Below, piece by piece: positions 18,725 to 27,579 of a stretch of 36,505 nt of DNA. A program made the position numbers and the translations under genes. The notes beneath the pieces were generated by a model, which was given only the letters and a program-made list of their open reading frames with translations, searched no databases and was not told the DNA's origin. This DNA comes from Candidatus Limnocylindria bacterium (GTDB lineage: Bacteria > Bacillota > Clostridia > Christensenellales > Aristaeellaceae): assembly GCA_035463055.1 (NCBI GenBank), contig DATHTQ010000272.1, forward strand, positions 1-36,505, in the 5' to 3' direction. Numbering within the stretch: the stretch's first letter is position 1; each line of letters opens with the position of its first letter.

Positions 18725-19880
18725 GGGCGCCATTTACGCGGGCATCGCGCTGGCCCATCCCATCATCGCCGCCTCCGCGGGGACCACGCGGGACCTGGAC
18801 CATTGCCTCAGGTGCGAGGACGCCGGGTTCAGCGCCGTCATCCTCAAGTCCGTCCAGGAAGAGGTCCTGATGCGGCACAACCCCTTCCCCCGGTTCAAGG
18901 TGCTGCGCAGCGGGGTGAGGAGCTACGAAAGCACGACCTTCTACTGCTACGAGCAGGCCTACGAGGGGGACATCGACGACTACTGCGAGACCGTCTCGCG
19001 CGTGAAGGCGCGGCTCTCCGTGCCCGTCGTCGCGAGCGTCAACTGCATCACCCTCCAGGCGTGGCCGGAATATGCGAAGGCATGCGAGCAGGCCGGGGCG
19101 GACGCGCTGGAGATCGTGCCCAGCTGCCCCACCGGCATGCTGATGCGCGAGAGCGCCAACGACATCCATTCCATCGTCGTGGCCGCATTGCGGGAGGTCA
19201 AGGCCGCGGTGGGCATCCCCGTCATCCCCAAGATGACCAGGCAGCTCGCGGACATCCCGTTCACCGCACGCGCGCTGGACCAGGCGGGGGCCGACGGCAT
19301 CACGATGCTCAACCGCTCCACGGGCCTGGACATCGACGTGCGCGCGCAGGCCCCCGTCCTGCACGGCGGGTACGCGGGCCACGGCGGAAGCTGGTCGCTG
19401 TACGAGGTGTTGCGCTGGATCACCGCGGTGCAGGGCGCCGTGCGCGCCCCCATCTGCGCGACGGGCGGCGCCATGACCGGGGAGGACGTGGTCAAGTGCC
19501 TCCTCGCCGGGGCGCAGAGCGTGCAGGTTGCGTCCGTCCTCTACCTCAAGGGGTATGGCTGGGTGCGGGAAATGCTGCGCTGGATCGACGCCTACATGGA
19601 GGAGATGTCCATCGAGCGCCTGGGGGACGTCGTGGGCCGCGCGGCGCGCGCGATGAAGAGGATGGATGAGTACGACCGCGTGCACGAGTTCTATGCCGTG
19701 TGCGACGCGGAAAAATGCAGGAAGTGCGGCCTGTGCGCGGACGTGTGCATCTACGAGGCGCTGGACGCCTCGGGCGGCGCGGCGCGCATCGACCCGCAGA
19801 AATGCGACGGGTGCGGCCTGTGCGCCGGCGTATGCCGGCACGGGGCCATCACGATGATTGGAAGGAGCGGAACCGCATGA
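18717..19880 (+). CDS. dihydroorotate/dihydropyrimidine dehydrogenase-like (PreA-like) flavoprotein fused to a 2x[4Fe-4S] ferredoxin domain
   Basis: DHODH-like TIM barrel: IIAASAGTT, VILKSV, PVIPKM, ATGGAMTGEDVVKCLLAGA. C-terminal CRKCGLCADVC and CDGCGLCAGVC. Overlaps the previous gene by 8 nt. Confidence 0.7.
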   Translation: MDKGAIYAGIALAHPIIAASAGTTRDLDHCLRCEDAGFSAVILKSVQEEVLMRHNPFPRFKVLRSGVRSYESTTFYCYEQAYEGDIDDYCETVSRVKARLSVPVVASVNCITLQAWPEYAKACEQAGADALEIVPSCPTGMLMRESANDIHSIVVAALREVKAAVGIPVIPKMTRQLADIPFTARALDQAGADGITMLNRSTGLDIDVRAQAPVLHGGYAGHGGSWSLYEVLRWITAVQGAVRAPICATGGAMTGEDVVKCLLAGAQSVQVASVLYLKGYGWVREMLRWIDAYMEEMSIERLGDVVGRAARAMKRMDEYDRVHEFYAVCDAEKCRKCGLCADVCIYEALDASGGAARIDPQKCDGCGLCAGVCRHGAITMIGRSGTA

Positions 19881-20293
19881 AGTCCCAGGAAGAGGTCAGG
19901 AAGACCGGCGGCATCTTCAACATCCACGAGGGGTACAACTGGGCCAAGTCCACGGGCCTGGACGTGCACCTCGTCCTCACCCCTCGCGTCGGGTCGCGCA
20001 ACGTCGGCATCACCAGCGGCGTACACGAGCCGGGCATGGAGTTCGAGCCGCACATCCACCCGCTGTCGGAGGAGCTGGTGTTCTGCTTCGAGGGCGAGGG
20101 GGAGTTCTTCCTGCACGACAAGTGGATCCCCGTGAAGGCCGGGGACGTGCTCTACGCGCCGCCCGGCATCCGGCACGGCACCCGCAAGCCCGCGGGCAGC
20201 ACGGGGAGGTTCGTGACGGTGGGCGTCGCGACGCCCCCGCAGCTGGACCTGTACAACCGCATCGGCTACGACGTACTGGCAAAGGACGAATGA
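19877..20293 (+). CDS. cupin domain protein
   Basis: 138 aa from ATG 19877 (GAAGGAG upstream, ATGA overlap with the previous gene). Cupin motifs HIHPLSEELVFCFEGEG and GDVLYAPPGIRHG. Confidence 0.75.
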   Translation: MKSQEEVRKTGGIFNIHEGYNWAKSTGLDVHLVLTPRVGSRNVGITSGVHEPGMEFEPHIHPLSEELVFCFEGEGEFFLHDKWIPVKAGDVLYAPPGIRHGTRKPAGSTGRFVTVGVATPPQLDLYNRIGYDVLAKDE

Positions 20294-20297
20294 CGGC

Positions 20298-21185
20298 ATG
20301 AAGACGCTCTTCGGCGTCACCACCGCGATGACGACGCCATTCACCAAGCGCGGCTCCCTGGACACCGAGGCGCTGGAGCAGCAGACCGACTTCCTCGTGG
20401 ACAAGGGCGTCCACGCCCTGTACCCCTGCGGCACCACGGGCGAGATGTACCTGATGACGGCCCGCGAGCGGATGCTCGCGGCGCAGACCGTGGTGAACAG
20501 GGCCGGCGGCCGCGTGAGCGTGTTCGTCCACTGCGGCGCCATGCACATGGACGAGGCTGTCCGGCTCGCCCGGCACGCCGCGGACATCGGGGCGGACGGC
20601 ATCGGCGTCGTCACCCCCTCCTACTTCGGCGTCCCGGACGACGCCATCGTGGAATACTACCGGAAGGTCTGCGGCAAGGTCCCGCGCGACTTCCCGGTGT
20701 ACGCCTACGCCATCCCGCAGCTGGCGAAGAACGACATCACGGCGGAGTGCATGCGCCGCATCGCGGACGCCTGCCCCAACGTCGTGGGCATCAAGTACAG
20801 CTACCCGGACCTCAAGCGGTTCATCGAGTACCTGGCCCTGGGCCGCGGCCTGTCCGTCGTGTTCGGCGCGGACGACCTGTTCCTGCCCGCCCTGGTCATG
20901 GGAGGCGCGGGCAGCGTGTCCGGCTGCTCGAGCTGCGTCCCCGAGCCGTTCGTGAACGTGTACCGGTATTTCAAGGCCGGGGATATGGAAAAGGCGCGGG
21001 AGGAGCAGATGCGGTGCTTCCGCCTGGTGCGCGTCCTCAAGGGCGGGTCCGACCTGGCGGTGTTCAAGGCCGTGCAGGCGATGCGCGGGGTCCGCGGGGG
21101 GTACACCAAGGCGCCGCTGCCGGGCCTTTCGGACGCGGAGCACGGGCGCCTGCGGGAGGAACTGGCGGAGTACCTTGGGGCATGA
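20298..21185 (+). CDS. dihydrodipicolinate synthase / N-acetylneuraminate lyase superfamily aldolase
   Basis: 295 aa with TPF, YPCGTTGE, and the Schiff-base lysine context VVGIKYS. Confidence 0.8.
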   Translation: MKTLFGVTTAMTTPFTKRGSLDTEALEQQTDFLVDKGVHALYPCGTTGEMYLMTARERMLAAQTVVNRAGGRVSVFVHCGAMHMDEAVRLARHAADIGADGIGVVTPSYFGVPDDAIVEYYRKVCGKVPRDFPVYAYAIPQLAKNDITAECMRRIADACPNVVGIKYSYPDLKRFIEYLALGRGLSVVFGADDLFLPALVMGGAGSVSGCSSCVPEPFVNVYRYFKAGDMEKAREEQMRCFRLVRVLKGGSDLAVFKAVQAMRGVRGGYTKAPLPGLSDAEHGRLREELAEYLGA

Positions 21186-21228
21186 GCGCCCGGCGCGCTT
21201 TGCGGGATTTGGTCTCCTCTTGCTTCCA

Positions 21229-21256
21229 TTGACAACCGCGCCAAACCTGCTATCCT
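21229..21256 (+). promoter_or_regulatory. possible promoter of module 2
   Basis: TTGACA (21229-21234), 16-nt spacer, TATCCT (21251-21256), in the 122-nt gap after the DapA-like gene. Confidence 0.3.
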
Positions 21257-21307
21257 TATTCTGGCTGTATCCTTACCTTATCCCACATTGCGGAGGTGGT
21301 TCACGGC

Positions 21308-21811
21308 ATGATCCGGAACGAGGCAAACCAGGCGGACGAAGTCGTCAGCGTAAACCGGTCCCAGATAGAGCACCGGGCGACATGGATGGCGCTCATCTAT
21401 GACGAGATGAAGAAGGCCGGCATCGACGCCGAGCCCATCATCCGCCGGGCCATCCGCCGCACCGGGCGCATCCACGGCGAGAACTTCAGGGGCAAGTGCC
21501 CCGACCCGTCCAACTGCGAGGACTTCGAGAAGGCCTTCCTGGGCGGGGAGCACTCCATCGGGCCCCGGACGTTCAACATGAAGAACATCCGGTCCGACCG
21601 CGACAACGTGACCGTGAACTTCAACTACTGCGCGCTCGTCGCCGCCTGGCAGAAGCTGGGCTTCGACGACGCCACCATCGACCTGCTGTGCGACATGGCG
21701 ATGGAGGGCGACCGCGGCATCGCGGACGCGATGGGGCTGGAGCTGGACCTGGGCGACACCATCGCCAAGGGCCGCGCCACCTGCGACCTGCACTTCAAGA
21801 AGCAGCCTTAA
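21308..21811 (+). CDS. L-2-amino-thiazoline-4-carboxylic acid hydrolase (ATC hydrolase, PF14196-like) family protein
   Basis: NYCALVAAWQKLGFDD...LCDMAMEGDRGIADAMG...TIAKGRATCDLHF matches my recollection of this small family. ATG 21308 is preferred over GTG 21296, which overlaps the GGAGG. Confidence 0.6.
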   Translation: MIRNEANQADEVVSVNRSQIEHRATWMALIYDEMKKAGIDAEPIIRRAIRRTGRIHGENFRGKCPDPSNCEDFEKAFLGGEHSIGPRTFNMKNIRSDRDNVTVNFNYCALVAAWQKLGFDDATIDLLCDMAMEGDRGIADAMGLELDLGDTIAKGRATCDLHFKKQP

Positions 21812-21881
21812 GCACCTTCCCGCGCGCGGCGCGCGCCGGGATACACGCACCGACTTTTTCACCACACGAAAGGAGACCCCT

Positions 21882-23024
21882 ATGAGGAAAACCCTGTCCC
21901 TCATCCTGGCCCTGGTCCTGGTCCTCTCCGTATCCTCCGCCGTCACCGCGCAGCAGTTCAAGGGCACCATCAAGCTGGGCGGCCTGGCCCCCCTGACCGG
22001 CAACTACGCCGAGTACGGCAAGGGCTTCCAGATTGCCTGGAACATGGCGATCGACGAGATCAACGCCGCCGGCGGCGCGAACGGCTACAAGCTGGAAATC
22101 GACGTGAAGGACTCCCAGGGCGACCCGGTCGTGTCCTCCACCCTGGCCACCGCGTTCGCCGAGGACGAGGACATCATGGCCATCCTGGGCGACTTCTCCT
22201 CCGGCGCGAGCAAGGCCAACGCCCCCATTATCGACAGGTACGGCCTGGTCCAGCTCTCCCCCACCGCCTCCGCGCCCGACTACGCGGGCATGAGCCCGTT
22301 CGCCTTCTCCATCATGGGCCGCCAGGACAGCGAGGCGCCCTTCTTCGCCAAGTACGTCATCAAGAAGTACCTGGGCGCGCAGAACGTCGCCGTCATCCGC
22401 GTGGACAGCGACTGGGGCGCCGCCGCCTTCGCCAACTTCAAGCGCCAGGCCGACATCGAGGGCCTGACCGTCACCGAAGAGAAGTACAAGTCCGACGAGA
22501 CCGACTTCTCCTCCATCATCACCAAGGTGAAGACGACCAACCCGGACGTGCTCATGGTCATGGACCAGGGCCTGCCCGTCGCGGCCATCTTCAACGCCGC
22601 GGACTCCGCGGGCTGGGACGTCCCGCACGTCGCCCTGGGCCCCGGCACCTCCCAGCAGCTGGTGGACCAGCTCATCGACCCCGAGGGGCTCATCGTGTCC
22701 TCCCCGTTCTTCTTCGACAAGGACAACCCCACCCTGGTGGCATGGAAGGACGCGTTCACCGCCAAGGCCGGTTTCCAGCCGACGGTGCACCCCGCGGTGG
22801 CGTATGACACCGTCTACCTCATCAAGGGCGCCATCGAGGCCATCGGCGACGCACCCGTGACCCGCGAGGCGATCCGCGACGCGCTGCAGAACCTCGAGAT
22901 CACCGGGCTCACCGGCCGCATCAAGTTCCAGCCGGAAGGCGACATCACCCGCGAATACCTGATCGCCGGCGTCGAGAACGGCGAGTGGAAGGTGCTCGAG
23001 GGCTTCGAGTACGGACGCGAGTAG
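21882..23024 (+). CDS. ABC transporter substrate-binding protein, LivJ/PBP type-1 family (system 2)
   Basis: Signal peptide MRKTLSLILALVLVLSVSSAVTA with no Cys, then IKLGGLAPLTGNYAEYG, AIDEINAAGGANGYKLEIDVKDSQGDP. AAGGAG lies upstream. Confidence 0.85.
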   Translation: MRKTLSLILALVLVLSVSSAVTAQQFKGTIKLGGLAPLTGNYAEYGKGFQIAWNMAIDEINAAGGANGYKLEIDVKDSQGDPVVSSTLATAFAEDEDIMAILGDFSSGASKANAPIIDRYGLVQLSPTASAPDYAGMSPFAFSIMGRQDSEAPFFAKYVIKKYLGAQNVAVIRVDSDWGAAAFANFKRQADIEGLTVTEEKYKSDETDFSSIITKVKTTNPDVLMVMDQGLPVAAIFNAADSAGWDVPHVALGPGTSQQLVDQLIDPEGLIVSSPFFFDKDNPTLVAWKDAFTAKAGFQPTVHPAVAYDTVYLIKGAIEAIGDAPVTREAIRDALQNLEITGLTGRIKFQPEGDITREYLIAGVENGEWKVLEGFEYGRE

Positions 23025-23026
23025 TT

Positions 23027-23155
23027 CCGTCAAAAACTGCGGTTTTTGACGGTTCGGAGGAGGGGCTGCTGCGGAACTTTTTCGGCTTGCGCCGAAAAGC
23101 CCCGCGCGACCGGCAAAGCCGGCCGACACGATTGCCATCGGGGGCGCTGCCCCCG
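23027..23155 (+). repeat. array of four unrelated short perfect/near-perfect hairpins after binding-protein gene 2
   Basis: Four hairpins: CCGTCAAAAAC/GTTTTTGACGG (23027-23052), TTTTCGGC/GCCGAAAA (23078-23099), CCGGC/GCCGG (23110-23122), CGGGGGC/GCCCCCG (23139-23155). Confidence 0.6.
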
Positions 23156-23207
23156 GTACCCCCTTCCCTCCCTACCCGTCAGGTCCCAAAAGTTCCCTGA
23201 TATGACT

Positions 23208-23243
23208 GGGGAGGCTGCCTAACCCAGCCTCCCTGTTTCTTTT
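23208..23243 (+). terminator. rho-independent terminator/attenuator after binding-protein gene 2
   Basis: 9-bp stem GGGAGGCTG (23209-23217) / CAGCCTCCC (23225-23233) with a 7-nt loop, followed by TGTTTCTTTTGCTT. Confidence 0.6.
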
Positions 23244-23264
23244 GCTTCGGGGTACTGCCGAATG

Positions 23265-23293
23265 TTGCGGTATTCCGCATGCATGCGTAAAAT
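23265..23293 (+). promoter_or_regulatory. possible internal promoter for the system-2 permease/ATPase genes
   Basis: TTGCGG (23265-23270), 17-nt spacer, TAAAAT (23288-23293), 49 nt before the livH2 ATG. Confidence 0.45.
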
Positions 23294-23341
23294 ACAGCAA
23301 TGCAAGCCGCTCTCCCTCCCCCCGCATATCCGGAGGAACGC

Positions 23342-24229
23342 ATGGAGTATATCCTCAACCAATTCGTCAACGGGATCGTCCAGGGGTCCATCTACGCGCT
23401 GATGGCCATCGGCTATTCGGCCATCGTGGGCGTCGTGGGCATGGTGACGTTCGCCTACGGCGAAATCATGATGATCGGCGCGTTCGGGGCGTTCTATACG
23501 TTCCAGATGGTGGGGACGAACCTGCCGCTGGCCATCCTCGCCTCGTTCGCGTCGTCGTTCCTGCTGGGCATCGTCGTGTACAAGGTGTGCTACGAGCGGT
23601 TCTTCAACGCCCCGCGCCACATCTCGCTGCTGTGCACCATCGGGTTCTCGATGCTGCTGAAGAACCTCGTGCAGATCATCTTCGGGCCGGAGACCAAGCC
23701 GGTGCTGAACATCATCAAGAGCGAGACCTTCACCCTGCAGCTGGGCAGCGTCTCCGTGGATTTCAGGCTGCTGCAGCTCGTCATCATGGCGCTGGTCATC
23801 GTGTTCGCGGTCGGCCTGACGCTGTTCTTCAACCGCACCCGCTGGGGCGTGGCGCTGCGGGCCGTGAGCCAGGACAAGCAGGCCGCCTACCTCATGGGCA
23901 TCAACGTGCGCCGCACCGCGATGCTGGGCAACTGCCTGGGCTGCGGGTTCGGCGGCATCGCGGGCATCCTGCTGGCCATCTATTACTCCAATATCTCCAC
24001 GACGACGTGGGGCGGCTTCAGCATGAAGGCGTTCTCCGCGTCGGTGCTGGGCGGCCTGGTGGACCTGCGGTACTCCGCGCTGGGCGGCCTGCTCATCGGC
24101 ATCATCGAGAACCTGGGCATCACCATCAGCTCCGCCACGTTCCGCGACGTGTTCGCCTTCGGGTTCCTCATCCTGATGCTGGTGCTGCGGCCCCAGGGCT
24201 TCGTCGGGCGGAAGGGGTCCCGCGCATGA
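23342..24229 (+). CDS. livH: branched-chain-amino-acid-type ABC permease (LivH family), system 2
   Basis: MEYILNQFVNGIVQGSIYALMAIGYSAIVG..FAYGE. ATG 23342 lies 5 nt after GGAGG; the track ORF opens at 23300. Confidence 0.85.
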   Translation: MEYILNQFVNGIVQGSIYALMAIGYSAIVGVVGMVTFAYGEIMMIGAFGAFYTFQMVGTNLPLAILASFASSFLLGIVVYKVCYERFFNAPRHISLLCTIGFSMLLKNLVQIIFGPETKPVLNIIKSETFTLQLGSVSVDFRLLQLVIMALVIVFAVGLTLFFNRTRWGVALRAVSQDKQAAYLMGINVRRTAMLGNCLGCGFGGIAGILLAIYYSNISTTTWGGFSMKAFSASVLGGLVDLRYSALGGLLIGIIENLGITISSATFRDVFAFGFLILMLVLRPQGFVGRKGSRA

Positions 24230-25230
24230 ACAGGGCGCGCGCGTTCCTCACGAAGTGGCAGGTCCCGGCGTACATCGCCCTCATCGCGCTGTTCGCGGCG
24301 GTGCCCGTGTTCATCACCCGGGCGCTGTACCTGCGCTACGCGTGCAACATCCTCCTGTTCGCGACGCTGGCCGGGTCCCTCAACGTCATCAACGGCTATA
24401 CCGGGCAGACCAACCTGGGCCAGGCGGGCTTCTTCGCCATCGGCGCCTACACCTGCGGCATCCTGACGACCCGGGCGGGGATGGACTTCTGGCTGGTGCT
24501 GCCCATCGCGGGCGCGCTGGCCGCGGCGGTGGGCCTGCTGGTCGCGCTGCCCACGCTCAAGCTGTCGGGCATCTACCTGTCCATCGTGACGCTGGGCGCG
24601 TCGGAGATCATCCGCATCGTCGCGCAGACCTGGACGCCGGTCACCGGCGGGTCGCTGGGCATCAAGAGCATCCCCTACCCCTGGTTCTTCGGGGTGGACA
24701 CGTTCAGGCCGCGGTACTACTACTACATCCTGCTCATCCTCAGCGTCCTGTTCCTGTTCGTGACCCGCAGGGTGCTCCGCAGCCGGGTGGGGCGCTCGTG
24801 GATCTCCATCCGGGAGGACCAGGTCGCCGCCAAGTCCCTGGGCATCCGGACCAGCCGCTACAAGTCCATCAACTTCATGTACGGCGCGTTCTGGGCGGGC
24901 GTGATGGGCTGCGCCTACGCGCCGTTCGTCAACTACATCGAGGCGTCCCAGTTCTCCGCCGAGCTGGGCTTCAACGTGCTCGCGATGATCGTCATCGGCG
25001 GGCAGGGGACGCTGGTGGGGCCCGTGCTGGGCAGCGCCATCGTGACGCTGCTGACCGAGTCGCTCAGGTTCCTGGAGAACTGGAGGTACGTCATCTACTC
25101 GACCCTCATCATCGCCATGATGTGGCTGCGGCCGCAGGGCATCGCCGGGGCGTCCAACTCGATGCTGGCCGGCGGCATCCTGCGGCGCAAGGCGCGCCCG
25201 GCGCGAAAGGCGGGTGCGACCCATGCCTGA
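24226..25230 (+). CDS. livM: branched-chain-amino-acid-type ABC permease (LivM family), system 2
   Basis: C-terminal 334 aa of track ORF 23242..25230, from MNRARAFLTKW, with NGYTGQTNLGQAGFFAIGAYT. ATGA overlap with livH2. Confidence 0.85.
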   Translation: MNRARAFLTKWQVPAYIALIALFAAVPVFITRALYLRYACNILLFATLAGSLNVINGYTGQTNLGQAGFFAIGAYTCGILTTRAGMDFWLVLPIAGALAAAVGLLVALPTLKLSGIYLSIVTLGASEIIRIVAQTWTPVTGGSLGIKSIPYPWFFGVDTFRPRYYYYILLILSVLFLFVTRRVLRSRVGRSWISIREDQVAAKSLGIRTSRYKSINFMYGAFWAGVMGCAYAPFVNYIEASQFSAELGFNVLAMIVIGGQGTLVGPVLGSAIVTLLTESLRFLENWRYVIYSTLIIAMMWLRPQGIAGASNSMLAGGILRRKARPARKAGATHA

Positions 25231-26032
25231 GCGCGAAGGGAACGGCACCCCGCTGCTGGAGGCCAGGGGCGTCAGCAAGCACTTCGGCGGCCTCAAGGCG
25301 GTCGACAGCGTGGACATGCGCATCATGCCGGGCGACATCTTCGGCATCATCGGCCCCAACGGCGCGGGCAAGACCACGTTCTTCAACCTCTGCACGGGCA
25401 TCCACCAGCCCACCATGGGGAAGATCTTCCTGGGCGGCGAGGACATCACGGGCCTGCCCGCCGAGACCGTCGCCGGCAAGCGCATCGCGCGCACGTTCCA
25501 GAACCTGCAGCTGTTCAAGTTCATGACGGTCTTGGAGAACGTCAAGGCGGGCTGCCACCTCAAGACCGGCTCCAACATGTTCGACGCGGTCCTGCACACC
25601 CCCAGGTGGCGCCGGGACGAGGCCTTCACGACGGAGAAAAGCCTGGAGATCCTCCGGCGCGTAGGGCTCTACGACGTGCGGGACGTCCTGGCGGGCACGC
25701 TGTCCTACGGCATGCAGCGCAAGGTGGAGATCGCCCGCGCCCTGGCGCTGGACCCGGTCGTCCTGCTGCTGGACGAGCCCGCGGCGGGCATGAACCCGCA
25801 GGAGAAGCAGACCCTCATGGCCTACATCCGGGGCATCAACCAGGAGGGGCACACCATCGTCGTCATCGAGCACGACATGAAGTTCATCATGAACGCGTGC
25901 AACCGCATCCTGGTGCTCAACTTCGGGCGGAAGATCTTCGAGGGGACGCCGGGCGAGGTCAAGGCCAACCCGGACGTGCAGACCGCCTACTTCGGCAAGG
26001 GAATGACGGCAAGGGAGGCGGCGCAGTCATGA
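25223..26032 (+). CDS. livG: ABC transporter ATP-binding protein (LivG family), system 2
   Basis: Walker A GPNGAGKTT, signature LSYGMQRK, Walker B LLLDEPAAG. Start is ambiguous between GTG 25214 and ATG 25223. Confidence 0.85.
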   Translation: MPEREGNGTPLLEARGVSKHFGGLKAVDSVDMRIMPGDIFGIIGPNGAGKTTFFNLCTGIHQPTMGKIFLGGEDITGLPAETVAGKRIARTFQNLQLFKFMTVLENVKAGCHLKTGSNMFDAVLHTPRWRRDEAFTTEKSLEILRRVGLYDVRDVLAGTLSYGMQRKVEIARALALDPVVLLLDEPAAGMNPQEKQTLMAYIRGINQEGHTIVVIEHDMKFIMNACNRILVLNFGRKIFEGTPGEVKANPDVQTAYFGKGMTAREAAQS

Positions 26033-26751
26033 GCAGCGCGCTTCTGCAGGTGGAAGGCCTGAGCGTGTACTACGGCTACGTCAACGCGCTCCAGGGCGTC
26101 TCCATCGCGGTCAACGAAGGCGAGATCATCACCCTCATCGGGGCCAACGGCGCGGGCAAGTCCACGACGCTCATGGCGATATCCGGCCTGGCGGAGAAGG
26201 CCGCGGGCACGGTGCGCTTCCGCGGGAAGGACATCACCCGCACGTCCCCGGAGAAAATCTGCCGCATGGGCATCAGCCACGTGCCCGAGGGCCGCAAGAT
26301 CTTCCCGCGCCTCACGGTGTACGAGAACCTCATCGCCGGGACGTTCGGGCAGGAGAAGTACAGCAAGGACAGGCTGGCCGGCCTTCTGGAAAACGCCTAC
26401 CACCTGTTCCCCCGGCTCAAGGAGCGGCAGAAGCAGGCCGGGGGCAGCCTGTCCGGCGGCGAGCAGCAGATGCTCGCCATCGCCCGGGCCCTGATGATGG
26501 ACCCCGCGCTGCTGATGCTCGACGAGCCGTCCCTGGGCCTCGCGCCCATCATCGTCGAGGAGATCTTCGAGCTCATCCTGCGCATCAAGCAGGGCGGGAA
26601 GACCGTGCTGCTCATCGAGCAGAACGCCTCCATGGCGCTGCAGATCGCCGACCGCGGCTACGTGCTGGAGACGGGCGAGGTCACGCTGACCGGCACCGGG
26701 CAGGAACTGATGGACAACCCGCAGGTCAAGCGCGCCTACCTGGGGGCGTAA
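26029..26751 (+). CDS. livF: ABC transporter ATP-binding protein (LivF family), system 2
   Basis: MSSALLQVEGLSVYYG, Walker A GANGAGKST, LSGGEQQ, LLMLDEPSLGL. ATGA overlap with livG2; GGGAGG upstream. Confidence 0.9.
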   Translation: MSSALLQVEGLSVYYGYVNALQGVSIAVNEGEIITLIGANGAGKSTTLMAISGLAEKAAGTVRFRGKDITRTSPEKICRMGISHVPEGRKIFPRLTVYENLIAGTFGQEKYSKDRLAGLLENAYHLFPRLKERQKQAGGSLSGGEQQMLAIARALMMDPALLMLDEPSLGLAPIIVEEIFELILRIKQGGKTVLLIEQNASMALQIADRGYVLETGEVTLTGTGQELMDNPQVKRAYLGA

Positions 26752-26760
26752 GGCGGCATC

Positions 26761-27579
26761 ATGGATCTGGGCCTGAAGGGGAAAGTGTGCTGCGTCACCG
26801 GGGGAAGCCGGGGCATCGGCTTCGCGGCGGCGAAGGCGTTCCTCGCGGAAGGCGCGAAGGTCGCCATCTGCGCGCGGGAGCGGGACGCGCTCCTGGAGGC
26901 GGAAGGCCAGCTGCGCCGGTTCGGGGAAATTGCCGCCTTTGAGGCGGACGCGACCCATCCGGAGGGCATGGACGCGTTCGCGGCGTTCGCCGCGGGGCGC
27001 TTCGGCGGCATCGACTGCTGGGTCAACAACGTCGGCGCGACGGTCCCGCGAAAGGGCGGCGCGTGGACGCCTGAGGAGCTGCGCCTCACCGAAGCCCTGT
27101 GCTTCGACTCCGTGCTCTGGGGCTGCCAGGCCGCGCGGCCGTACCTCAGGGAGCGGGGCGGCGGGGCCATCGTCAACGTGTCGTCCCTCGCCGCCCGGTG
27201 CGGCACGGCGGGGCGGAGCACGCTGTACGGCCCGCTCAAGGCGGCGGTGAACCAACTATCCATCATGCTGGCGGCGGAGTACGCCGCGGACGGCATCCGC
27301 GTCAACGCCGTGCTGCCCGGCTTCACCCTGACCCCGGCGGCCCGGGCGACCATCCCGGAGGCGGAGCTGGCGCGCAACGCGCGCGGGACGCTGCTGGGAC
27401 GCCTCGCCCGGCCGGAGGAGATCGCGGCGCCCATCGTGTTCCTGTGCTCCCCGCAGGCGTCCTACGTCACCGCGGCGTCGCTGGAGGTATCCGGCGGCCG
27501 CGCCGCGGTGCTCAACCCCGAGATTGCGCATCAGCACACCGGTACGCACACAACGCCACGAACGGAGGGATTTTTATGA
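26761..27579 (+). CDS. short-chain dehydrogenase/reductase (SDR) family oxidoreductase
   Basis: TGGSRGIG cofactor motif, NNVG, catalytic YGPLKAAV. Its stop overlaps the dhaK ATG (ATGA). Confidence 0.85.
   Translation: MDLGLKGKVCCVTGGSRGIGFAAAKAFLAEGAKVAICARERDALLEAEGQLRRFGEIAAFEADATHPEGMDAFAAFAAGRFGGIDCWVNNVGATVPRKGGAWTPEELRLTEALCFDSVLWGCQAARPYLRERGGGAIVNVSSLAARCGTAGRSTLYGPLKAAVNQLSIMLAAEYAADGIRVNAVLPGFTLTPAARATIPEAELARNARGTLLGRLARPEEIAAPIVFLCSPQASYVTAASLEVSGGRAAVLNPEIAHQHTGTHTTPRTEGFL

Noticed and set aside
18261-19841. 526-aa minus-strand ORF opposite the TIM barrel 2 and PreA-like genes. Similar long antisense ORFs occur at 16837-18033, 20010-21143, 21795-23138, 23983-25629, 25987-27255, 27531-29102, 29478-30683, 33038-34771 and 34674-36245.
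   Set aside because: All are antisense to, or out of frame with, genes that have clear motifs. All show GC-shadow amino-acid composition and lack Shine-Dalgarno sequences.
23110-23125. CGGCAAAGCCGGCC resembling the GCAAAGCC core of GEMM-I
   Set aside because: An isolated 8-mer inside a simple hairpin. The rest of the GEMM-I architecture is missing.
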